Assembly: GCF_964204865.1 (NCBI RefSeq)
Contig: NC_135261.1
Span: forward strand, 8,990,001 to 9,054,000
DNA from: Styela clava
Taxonomy: Eukaryota
Direction of reading: 5' to 3'
Length of the DNA stretch: 64,000 nucleotides
A model generated the notes under the pieces. That model saw only the letters and a program-made list of their open reading frames with translations. It made no database searches and was not told the DNA's origin. Shown one piece after another: positions 1 to 11,900 of the stretch. The translations under genes were made by a program, and so were the position numbers. How positions within the stretch are numbered: position 1 is the first letter of the stretch; the number at the start of each line of letters is the position of its first letter.

Positions 1-432
1 CGGCAAAATGAACCAATCACAGAACAGGGATGGCCAAAACCGATTTTTTAACCATTTTGAATACATTCTGAGAAAATATTCTCCAATGTAAAATATATTT
101 GAGTCACGTTCACGTGGAAAATTACATTCATTACTATATCACTATGTTGATCTACATCAATCTGAACCATCTAAAACGACGCAAGTACAGAAGTATGAAA
201 GATCATTCAGTAGGGTCGCTTAACAAAACAAATACTCAATTAGTCGCTGAAACTACAATGTCTGGAGCAACGTGAGATCGCACCACGGTATGTCTCAATA
301 TTAATCTGAATTAATCACGTTGCTTTTCGGCCACCTCATGATAAAAATGTTTTTTTATTTTCTGCCGAGAAATCTAGGCTATTGGTGATGATACCATAGC
401 TGGTAGCTGTTGTGACTTTCAGACAGACTTAC

Positions 433-670
433 CGTACCGGCTACCAGTATTTCCTGTCTAATACCGGTACTGTTTGTTGTTGTATTGCTGTACCGCACGG
501 GTTACTAGGATAGGGTAACAAATTGCCCGTTCCAAAATAAAGAAGCCCCAAATCTAAGCAATATTCAGAACAAATATCCCCTTCGCAGTTCCGCCTTTTG
601 CTTCCGTCACTTTTGTTTGTTCCGAATTGTCCGCAATAAAATAAGTAAAGTTTAGTGACGTCACAGATCA
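433..670 (-). other. Possible non-coding first exon/promoter of a minus-strand gene lying left of the window
   Basis: Strong minus-strand donor CG|GTAAGT at ~432, CpG-rich sequence, and a TGACGTCA (CRE) palindrome at 656-663. Confidence 0.3.
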
Positions 671-2627
671 ATACACCACCTAGTGTTGAAAATAGCGTTT
701 TTCAAATTTATCCCGAGGGAGTAAAAAGTTGATAAAAAGACAAAATACAGGAAGAAAAGTAATGTTTATGTATCCTTTATACAAAAAAAAAATCAACTGT
801 GTAACCAATCCCATGAAATTTGTATGAAAATATCCACGAGGATATCATAAAAATTGTTCATGTCTGAATAGGTACCGGTAGTCAATCAATTAAAATCGTT
901 CTTCAACTCATTAGAAAACTTGCACTTTGTTTTCGGCATTTTGATGAATTAACGACAGTAAAGTTAAGTGTTAAATGAATGCAAAAATATTCATGACTGT
1001 CATACTGCATAACTAAAACGTTTAGGTCTACCGACTGAAAGACGGAGAAACTTGTTAAAATCTGCACTGACCCGGCTAAGCCAGGACGTACGGTAAGCCT
1101 ATGTCGGAACCGGTATGCTGGTCGTTGGTCAGAACATACCTAACAGCTTCCACATCCGCATTTCAACAAAATTATGTCTTGAATAATCTCGATTAAAATC
1201 TGATTGTGTATGTGAATTCAGAAATGGCAATCTTGCTGAAAAACTCAGTAACAATCCCATAAAATATTACTAATGTAAATGTATGTTATTTTTGTCCAGT
1301 AAATAAATAACAGCGATTGTGACCCTTGAATATCAAATGTGATTCGGCGTTGTCTAAAACTAAATAAGCAGTTTTAGTATTCATTACTGTTTGGCTTACA
1401 GAAGGCCAAATTATGAATAATTTACAAAATAGCTTTTGGAAATAGTTTTCATGCCTACAAACATTTATAGAGGTTTAAGATGGTACCTGAAAAAGAAATT
1501 AAGCAAAAGTTATTTTAACCGGGACAATATTGAGGTCTGAGTTGTCAGACCAACTCGAATCATTTTATTAAACACTGAGAAATTCGACTGTAAAAATTTC
1601 TGTGATGCCGCCTTTACCTTAGTTCCCTTTAGGCACTTGCTTATTTTGACTAATCCAGCCCTGCCGTCGGGGCAAATTCAAAAATATTTTTAAATGATCA
1701 ACAAATCAGAAATGACGTTGTTGACACCGTGAGCACTGTTAGATAAAATTGTTTAAAATGAAGACAATCGTGATAACATAGAGATTCTTGGCAATAGCTC
1801 GGCAAGGTATTAGTCGGCGTTAATTTCCAACTATTTTGCTCACGAAAACATATCTTAAATCTTTTTTGTTTTAACATTCATATCATTTCCCGATCAGATG
1901 GTGTACTTTTAGCAAATATTGACTGGTGATAATTTTATCATCGACGGCAATAATTGGATTTAACATGAATTTCAAATTAATTAAGCTTTGTATTTGCCCG
2001 GGGTATGACAGGTTCTAGGCGCAATGCAAAGTTTTCTTTCGTGATTTAATAGAGCAAAATATGGCCTACTTTATGAATTTTCTGTAAATTGCTCAATTCG
2101 AAATATCCAAAATGAACTGCAGTGGATAATTCCATAATACCAAGGCAAATTAGGCTGTGTATCTATATTCAACACCTTGGCACAATCCAAAATGACTGTT
2201 TATCTACAAGACTGCCAAAACATAACTTAACTGCCAAGTGCAGAATTCGAAAATAATTCTCAAATCAATCAATCAGTTAATTAATGCTCACATATTTGAA
2301 TTCCAAAATAAATTTACAATTAACAAATGTTCAAGTTCTTATGCTGGACTAAATTTAGCATTCGAATATAGCACTGCAAGTGCATCAGGTGGATAAACGT
2401 GCTAACTTCTTCAGGTATTAGTCATAACGTCGAAACAATGAAAGCACTTTCACTTCCACTCGCATTTCGTACTTTATTACCGCGAAGATTACCACATTAT
2501 AAACAAGAACACAAATGAACATCAGATATACCTTTATTCAGCTCTGCTAGAATGCTATTTTATTGTAAATGTCACTAACCAACATGACTATGACAGAAAT
2601 TTATAAGTCATTTATTGTTATGCATGC

Positions 2628-2880
2628 TACTCGGTGGGTCTTCAGGCATTCCTTGGATTGCAATCCTCTTCAAATTTGCGTGTATGTCGTTGTGGCCAAT
2701 CGAAGCAGTTCTTCCACGTGGGTGTCAGTCAGAACAGATCAATGCTTTGATTTCCCGTGTTTTAGGATAGAAAACACAGATTTGCAGACGTATGTTGACT
2801 CAAACATGGACAACATTCTAAGCACAGCTCGTTTGACATTGGGGTATTTTCCCATTGGCATGCTTTTCCATAACTCAATG
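2628..2880 (-). pseudogene. Decayed hAT transposase C-terminus (GTF2IRD2/SPIN/Buster-like dimerisation region)
   Basis: Minus frame reads IELWKSMPMGKYPNVKRAVLRMLSMFESTYVCKSVFSILKHGKSKH*SVLTDTHVEELLRLATTTYTQI*RGLQSKECLKTH. This matches the hAT motif FW...YP...A...LSMFGSTY.CE..FS.MK..KSK.RS.LTD, with two stops. A hAT-like end (TAGGCGTGTGCAAC...CGGGCC) lies at ~3000. Confidence 0.85.
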
Positions 2881-3020
2881 ATACCTCACCTTAATCACAT
2901 TTTATGCTTGACATGGAGAAATCTGAGTGTTGACAAGGGCCAAAAGAAATGCGTAGGCTGGTCAGGTTTGGGCCCGCTGGCTGCCTGTTGCACACGCCTA
3001 CTCTAAGCCCTTAAGACTCT

Positions 3021-3275
3021 AAACGTTTAACGACTGGCGCATTTTGACAGTATTGAAGTTACAGTGAATTGCTATTTAAACGTTTAACGACTGGCACTTT
3101 TCAACAGTATGGAGTTACGGTGAAATGATGTTTAAACGTTTAACGACTGTCGCGTTTTGACAGTATAGAAGTTACGTTGAAATGTTATTTAAACGTTCGA
3201 CGACTGACGCTTTTCCACAGCATTGAAGTTACGGTGAATTGAATTGAAGTTACGGTGAACGGTGTTGAACGTTTA
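3021..3275. repeat. Degenerate ~56-bp tandem repeat, ~4.5 copies
   Basis: Unit approximately AAACGTTTAACGACTGGCGCATTTTGACAGTATTGAAGTTACGGTGAAATGCTATTT. A further partial copy lies at ~3450-3520. Confidence 0.85.
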
Positions 3276-4077
3276 TTAAAAAAATCTACAATATGAATCT
3301 AAAAGATGAAAAAATTATTCTACAGAAAATAACAATGTGTTTAAGTGGATGTAACGCTCACAAAAACTAACTTTTTCCCAAGAGTTCATGCTTAGCATTA
3401 CGATAATACTTAAACGTTGTATTGGAGGTACTCAAGATCGGCGTAGCGACGTTGAACGACTGAGAATTTTTAAAAAAATTGATGTTACGGTGAAATGCTG
3501 TTTATACGTCCAACGGCTGGCGAAGAGTATAATCTCAAACGATCTCAATAACCCGCTCAGTCCAAGAAGAATTGATAACAACAATATCAAGATATGGCCA
3601 CAGAAAATCTCATTCTAAATAGTCGAAATGGTTTGTTATTCAGATTACGTCAATTTCATATAAAAATTGCTTTCGAACCTATATGACCTTGAAGGATTTA
3701 GCATAATTTAAGAATAATGATGGATACACTTATGGCCTCAAAAGTCATTTGAACACAATATTATACAAAATAAGCCCTGGTGATATTTAATGAAAGAAAA
3801 TTGAAATTTTTGGGGAAACACGGTATGCGTGGTACTGAGACAACATATAATCCATATATTATCCGATATTGATTATCGAAGTTCATTTGTAATTCCTAAT
3901 TTGAATAGAGGAAGCGACATGCAGCGACACTTTTGGCACATATTAAGATGTGATTCTGACGACTGAAATGCAGGTTAAGAGTTTAAAAGTCGTCAACTGT
4001 GGTTTTTATGTGTTTTAGCATCTGGAAACTAAACCTTATATACAAAGATTTTTTTTTCTTTTAAATACCTTATTGTA

Positions 4078-4392
4078 GTTTTTACTTATCGATCTCGATC
4101 AGTAAGTATGTTGATAGACAATTGTCTGTCTGTCTTTCATATGTTACGCGATTTCTCGCGAAAGTGAGCTTGAAGCTGCTCTAAATTTTGCATGTGCATT
4201 CATCATATCTCGAACCAGAAGCGGAATTTGGATGAATTATGTCGTATAATTAGCGAGTTATTAATTAATTGGTGGGACACGCGGTGTCGCTATTGAGTCG
4301 GAGCGAAGAAATCGAAACCGCAATTTCTGTTTTGTGGGATCCCCACATGCGGAAGATCGATAAGCCGGCGATCACCGATAGCTATCTCGTTT
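4078..4392 (+). mobile_element. Helentron/DINE-like non-autonomous element (tentative)
   Basis: T-rich boundaries, a CTGT microsatellite near the 5' end and a short hairpin-like 3' end. Confidence 0.35.
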
Positions 4393-5938
4393 ATATATTT
4401 TAAATTTTATGTTTCTGCTCGAAACCAAACACACCTACTAAATTTTCAAAAATGAGCGTTGAGGCAACAAGGCAATACGATTTCAATTATTCTATTCTTG
4501 AACGAGGTGTTATCTTTGCTACATTGTTAGGCAATTTTATAATTTCGGCAGCCAAAATGACTAGCACAAAATATTTTACATTTAATATGGTAAGTCTACA
4601 TATAATAAATTACATACAGTATTTTAAAACAAATCTTCAATTCAAATCTACTCAAGAAGTTTATATACTATTATATGATTTTTTGTTGTTTTTACGATAA
4701 TTTATCTCTTCAGTATAAAACATTTGATTTCATTTCACAATATTATGCCATACGATTTCATTTTATTTGGTAACTCAGCAAATATTTGCTAACACACCAT
4801 TGTTAAGTTCCATTTTCTGTACGAGGGCGCTGATGAGCTTGAGATAGCGTTCAAGCATACATTTTAAGTACAGTCCAAGATATAAATACAGCTGCAAACT
4901 AAAAATCGATTGATTTAAGTCTGGTAATGGAGTTGAGTTTAGAAATAAAATGGGAATCCAAGTACAGCGATAAGAATTTTAATATTAAACAAGATTTCAA
5001 TTAAAGTGTAATAAGTCGAAAAAGTGATCAAGTGAAGGTATATTTATTAAATGTGCATTTTTGCGCGTGGATTATTTAAATTTGTTTACACGAAAGCATG
5101 GAGCAAGTTGGTACCTGGAGCGATGCATCTGCAAGTGTTTATTTATCGGCTTGATATTACCCAAAGATAGAATTTAATTAGAAGGGTACTGACGCATGTT
5201 AATAATTGCATTGGCATGCGTTTTATCTACAAACTGATCGCATGTATCACGTTTAAAATTAACGCTTTGGTTTCCATTAATATAAACATAGGCCATGACT
5301 CACTTACGACAAAGTTGTTTCGCGGGTAACATAGATGAAGTGCTAATTTTGTATATAGCTTATATGTGGCAGTACTGGGATATTATAGTTCAAATTGAAT
5401 TTTTTAATACGCTATAATATGATAAAAGCTATATTTTCCTTTCCTTGTAATTGCCGACGCTGAGTATTATAATTTGTCTATTTTACGTTGTAGTATTATG
5501 TAATAGTCCGAGGTAATTTGTAGCAATAACAGTAATTTAAACCAGTTATTTATTATTTCATTAAACAAGTTTCAGCGTGAAAATAATATAGCCAACAGGT
5601 TTTCGATACTTTTGTTCTGGATATATACTATTGTTTCTAGTTCAGGGCCAGGCAGCCATTTAGGATCACAAAAAATATTTTGCGACATATTTATTTAAGC
5701 TGCGTAATTGAGTGATTCCGATCACCAGATTTGTATATAGTGTCAGGTATAGATATTTCCACAGATAACCTATCTGCAATATCTGTATTAGTACTTAACA
5801 AATTGTATTTTGGGGCCAAAGGCACGCCCAGCCAGCTGTATGTAGCTATAACCCGATTAAACTAAACAAATTGAATGGTTGTAGGCAGTAACGTTAGCTA
5901 AAGTTTTTGTGCAATCCGAATATCAATACTAACAGAAA

Positions 5939-8900
5939 ATGAACACGTGGAAAGTTGCAATTCCTATTCTCTTATGGGTATTATACGTAGAAGGTAAGTC
6001 AGTGGTGAGTTGTTAAAACTTCAATTTGCTTACTTGATGCCAATTAGTCCAGACTTTATTGTCACGATCGAGGCATAAAGCACTTTTCGTGGAAAGAAAA
6101 GTCGAAATTGTTGATAATTATCGAAAATTAGCCTAAACATTAGCACGACTAATAGAAAAGCTCATCATGATAAAATTGCGTCACTTTTAATTTCAAATAA
6201 CAAAGTCATTAAAAATAACATATTTTTAACAGTCATATGTCTATGGAAATATTTTATTACTGATGTCAAATTCGAATAACGACTAAGAAAAAATGACGCA
6301 TTATGACAGGTTTCACTCACTGGATTTGTATTGCAATAACGCGACAGTATTTAACAGTACTACTTTATTATGTATTGGAAGAATTTTGCGATATTATTGT
6401 TTTTTTTCATTTAATTTGGCTAATAAATGAAACATATTTTATCAGGTGTTTTTATATGGAACCTCGCACTAGAAACATTTTTATTTGATTGACCTATTTT
6501 CATGTTTCCTACATTCATATTGGCTGAACCTTTATAAAAAATAAACAAATTGTTTGAAATTTCTGAATATCTTTGAAGCTAATAAAACTCAAAATTGCTT
6601 TTAATTATGCTTTCAACACAAAGATTGATATAGAAACGTAATGAAACGAAACGTGATAGAAACGTAAAAATAAATAGCAAAATACCATGCTTTGATGATA
6701 TTTGTCGCTTTTTTCAAGTTTGCCAAATATATTATTTAACATGAAAAATATAGTATACAGTAACACAGATATTGGAATTTGTTCGAAATTTTTCGAAAAA
6801 TCGAGTTTTTGGTGGTCCTGCATCCGCTATTGCGACTGTCTGTGATTTTAAAACTCTGTATATTGCCAGAAAAAACGCATATCGCACCGAAACTTTTGGT
6901 TTTGAAGTGTTTTTCGTTTAAAGTACCTTTTCGTAATTATTGAAAGCTCTTATTACTATAATAATGAAAAGCAAACAAAATGCAATGAAAAACTGCGTGA
7001 ATTTTGATCGCAGAAATTCTTTTAGAAAGTGATTCTATGATACATTTTGGCAAGCATTAACGATGCATAGTAACGGACAGTCATAGATCATTATATAAAG
7101 ATCTATATATAACACAGCATCGATCGAAACTCTGAACAGACATAACTCATAAATAATGCCAGATTATTTAGTTAGATTTATACAGCGGATCAATAAACAA
7201 ATAGAGGATTAATAATAATAATATAATAGAACATTCTACCCATAATTGATACAAAATACATTTCACGCGGCATTGTGCATCAAGGTTTGAATCAGATCTT
7301 TCAAGCTCTGAAAAAGATGCGAATAAATCAGCAAATGTCACCACCACGTGGCCCCGTACATCAATCAGGTCCTGTGCATACCCAAACTCCTCATCGACAA
7401 CAAATATTGCGGATATACCGAGTTTCTCTACATTTAAACACTTATATGTTCTACATATTCCACTGATGCTTTTTTTTTTATTATCACTAAAATATTTCGT
7501 TAACTTAGATTATACCGTATTTGTTGAAACCCGCCGAACTTAAAGAACCGATTGATTTTTAATTATAGGATGCCGCTACAGGAAAACTGGCAACTCATTA
7601 CTCGACAATAGAAAACAAACATCTGCGGACAATGACGTAGACCAAGAACTCAGCAATTTCTTTTCAAGCTGTATGTTTCAGAAAACTGGGAGCGTTTTTC
7701 CTTCTTGGATAAGTGTAGTTGACTTTGTTCTACGGGACACGAGATGGTTTTCTGCATCTGATGAGCAGTTTTGCAAGTATGTTCACATATTTTACACACG
7801 TTCACCGCTGGTCGGTTACGACTTTTTCCACCATCAAGTCGTGAATCTGAAACGAATAACTGACTTACTAATCCCATACTCGACATGTAGCCTACTGATA
7901 ACTGGAAGAAGACCCTGGTTCGCCATATGATTAAGCCGTCTTATCGACTTCCCTTTTTCCTGGCTCATTTTTCTAGCCTAACGGGATATATATTATGATC
8001 CATACCTACATGTGATGTTGAGGAATATTTCAAAATCTAACATCAAATAATATAGCTAATTAATTACCTTAAAGATGAAAAAATTTAAAAATTTGGTAAC
8101 GATGGGGGTTTAATCTAATGAGTTTTGTACTTTTTAAATCTGAAAATTCTTTAACGAGGTTTCTAAGAGGTATTGCACTAAATATAGTAATTGAATTAAC
8201 AGAGAAAAAATGAGCGAAGAAATCAATTCAGTGGAATGCTGGCAACATCGTATGGATCGACTTGTTCGCAATGGATCCGAGCTATTGTCTCCCGCTAAAG
8301 ATTGTGTTGCTGAATATTTATTTGAATACGGTATGCTTCAGCCCCCTTTCTCTTCCACAGTACATTATTTATTCTATTATTATTTATTGTATATATTATT
8401 TTTACGTACTTAGATTTTGTTAATGGCCGAGCGAAATTTACAACTCCTTCAACAACGAGAATAGAATATTGCTTGGACGGGACTGAAGAGGAATACAATC
8501 AGTGCGTGTTCAATAAGTTGTTGACTACAAGTAATAAGAAAAAGTATTCGTCTTTAAGAGATTACCATCAAGGATCTGTAGAGCAGTTTGTAAAGAACCA
8601 TATTTCTAACTGCAGGTAAGAGATAATAAAATTTATGCAAGGTTGACGTCACAATGATTGAAGGTGGAACGTGATTTCTCCCACCTTTGACCTTATATAC
8701 ATCGTTCTCTGTTGGTGACAAGCACGAGATTTTGAATACTTATTTTGAGACGGATTTCGCGAATTTCTACTGCTGGTTTGTCTCCATTAAGCAATCGCAC
8801 CTATGAAGTATTGCAAGGTTTAAAATATGGTAGGCTACAGGCACTTTTAAAAAATGCTGAATAAATGATACCATTGGTGACTTTCGAGTTACCAAACATG

Positions 8901-11900
8901 GTTTGTATTGTATGTATGGGATTTTGAAGATCATTTGCTCAAACCAGGGTCACAAGCGCGTACTCGAAGGTGAAGGATATTCATCTCCATAAGTACGGGT
9001 GACCATCAAAATGCCGCGGACTGGTGGAACTATATGAAATTGTGGTGATGCGTTATGCGCAAATAAGTTCCGATCAACGCGACTACACAACTAAAGATTC
9101 AGGAAAAAGGCTTTTGGCGGCATAATGCTTTTTCTATCTAGAGGTACTCTGATGCATTATATACGCAATGAAGCCAAATTCCATTTGTTACAGAATCAAG
9201 AATGCTCAAATTCTTGGAAGTCACGTTTACACAGAAGACTGTACAATACATTCTTCTGAAAATTCTCGACTGTGCATATCAACGGTATTTCAGGAAATAG
9301 TAAAAACATCTTCTCCACTCTACGAAGCAACGACAAAATGTATTGTACAGTTGTCTCAAAAGTCGGGTACGAATATAATAGTTTGCATGAATCTAATGAC
9401 CACGACGACACCATATGAAATACTTACAAAATGACTTATACCTAAAAATACTTACAAATTTCCAATATATCATTTAAGGATTAGAAAATCGTAATTATTT
9501 TTTCTATGAAATGTGCTATTTTCACCAGGCAGTAGCGGCACATTATTACACATTACATGTTATACATGGCCAGCCATATTAAATGCATGTTATGATAATC
9601 GCAGTTTTATACAATTTACAGCAGAAAAACCTCCCGAGAAAATGGCATCAAACAAAAGATGTGATCTGATAATCTGCACCCAAGATCATCAACACTGCGA
9701 TGAGAACAAAGGTGTATGTATATGTGATTCTGGATATAAATATAATTTAGGAAAATGCAGGCTCATTTCTAATAAAACTACAGAGAATGCAAATAGCAAA
9801 TGCAATGATGTTTCTTGCGAAGGAGTACACCAACATTGCGACGAAGATAATGGAAATTGTGTGTGCAATGATGGTTATGAGGAAGTATCTGGGCAATGCC
9901 AAACCGCCATATTTCCATCTAGCGCTGATAAACTTGATTCTGAAAATAAATGCTGCGGTGTGACTTGTAAAGAACCGCACCAGCGCTGTGATGCAGAAGT
10001 GGGTGCGTGCGTTTGCGACGTCGGTTTTAAAACCGTTTCAGGAAAGTGTATAGCATAAATGGTTGTTAGATGAATGTTATGTTACCATATATTGCTAATT
10101 TGTAGATTGGCTCTGACTTGCAAGTCACCCGTTCACCCTTCAGCTTCAACGCCCACGTGAATGAAGGAAACTTTAGAAAACTCTGTTTGATTTTATTCTC
10201 AGATTTCCACGATACACAGAATATAAATCTTATAACATTTATCCAGACTAGCTTAGAATGGTTTACATCGTCTTCTCTCTCTATCGAAAGATATCGGAGT
10301 CGTATTTATACGTTGATCATAAATCCAATTAAAAGCTGTAAACGTGAGCTCGTGATTTACGTTATTAACAGAAACTCCTGTTATCTTCATAAGGGTAATT
10401 ATGTACATCGTACGGATGGGAACTTAGATATAATTATTTCAATCAGTGCCAAAGGTCTTGAGAATATAAATTTTAATTTGATAATGACTGGGTGGAACAT
10501 GTTATGTTTCTTAAACTGGTGTAATTTGATTCCTACGAAAGTCTTTGTTCGAATTTTGGGAAAAAATAACTTTGTCATGATGATTTCAACATGAAATGGG
10601 GTAGATTTGGGGGTTAGTTGCTATATTATCTCCCCATCTTACTAACTGGAAGTTTAAAGATTTGGCACCCTCTAATAAATTGAAAATATATAGTAAAATA
10701 CAATACACAATGCTAAAATTAATGATATATATATATAGGTCAAAAAAATATTTACATGTATATGATCTACAATGAGACAAGAAATTGAAGTAAAGAAAGT
10801 TTATAGAAAGGGTAAAGGTTGTAAAGTAGAATTACAGAAGGATGGCGTATTTTTATTTGAAAAATTTTGGTTTGGACGGTTAAAACATATTTTCAATTCA
10901 ATGTTTTTCGCTAAGTTAAAATACTTATACTCGCTTTATCGCATTGTTACGATTTTGTAGACCTAGTTGGTCAATATATGCTTGTCCCATGTCGGGAAGA
11001 AAAAACGCGTTGCGACCTAGTTGGTCAATATATGCTTGTCCCATGTCGGGAAGAAAAAACGCGTTGCGACCTAGTTGGTCTATATATTTGTCCCATGTCG
11101 GGATGAAAAAAACGCGTTGCGACCTAGTTGGTCTATATATGCTTGTCCCATGTCGGGAAGAAAAAACGCATTTTTAAGTTTATGCCATCTCAGGGCTTTT
11201 TTGAAAAAATAACGCTTTTGGATACAATTTTTGTTAAACGAGCTTATTATTTCACCGTTCTATATGACGGCTTTGTAAATAATTAAAAGTATGACTCGCT
11301 CGAATCTACTTTTAGAGAGTATTTTAATGATAACGAAATCTATTTAATCGAAAAGGAATGTTAACCACAAATATTTAATAATATAAATCTTTTTAAAGGT
11401 ATTTGAAATTACAATATTCAAAGTTGTTACCATTAATTAATTTATAAAAATTGAAAGTCGAATGAAACGCCATGTGTATATATAAGAAGAAAAAGAAGTA
11501 CTTTACCTTAGTAATAGTGGAAGAATGAAAAATGTCTGTCTCAATGAGGAGAAAAACCTGCAAATCATGAAACAAATTGTGGAATTACATGCTCCTGATC
11601 TGTATATCCATTAGGTAAGCGCGACAATTTCTCTATTGTTCGGAATAGAGCGCGTAATTTACAGTAAAACAGTCCATATAGTTCATTGTTTTCAACAGTT
11701 CGTTTTTGATTAGGTTTTTCACCTCGAACATATATCATGTTCTAAAAGAGTTCATTTCGATCGATGTTCAATACAGTCCATATTCATGATTTTAACGTTT
11801 CCAGAGTCCGTTACCATAGTTCAACTGTTTTCAATTGAGATTATTGTCTTTTCATAATGTTTTTGATTATTTCGGCTTGTCAGCAATTTGCTACTTCAAT

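Noticed and set aside
2569-3006. 145-aa plus-strand ORF
   Set aside because: Antisense shadow of the hAT transposase relic.
7270-7545. Open frame with a Ser/Thr-rich stretch and hydrophobic end (GPI-like tail or extra exon of gene 1)
   Set aside because: No convincing donor/acceptor pair could be fixed. The 5' structure of gene 1 between 5993 and 8203 is left unresolved.
10960-11169. CRISPR-like array
   Set aside because: Head-to-tail repeats without unique spacers, no cas genes, eukaryotic context.
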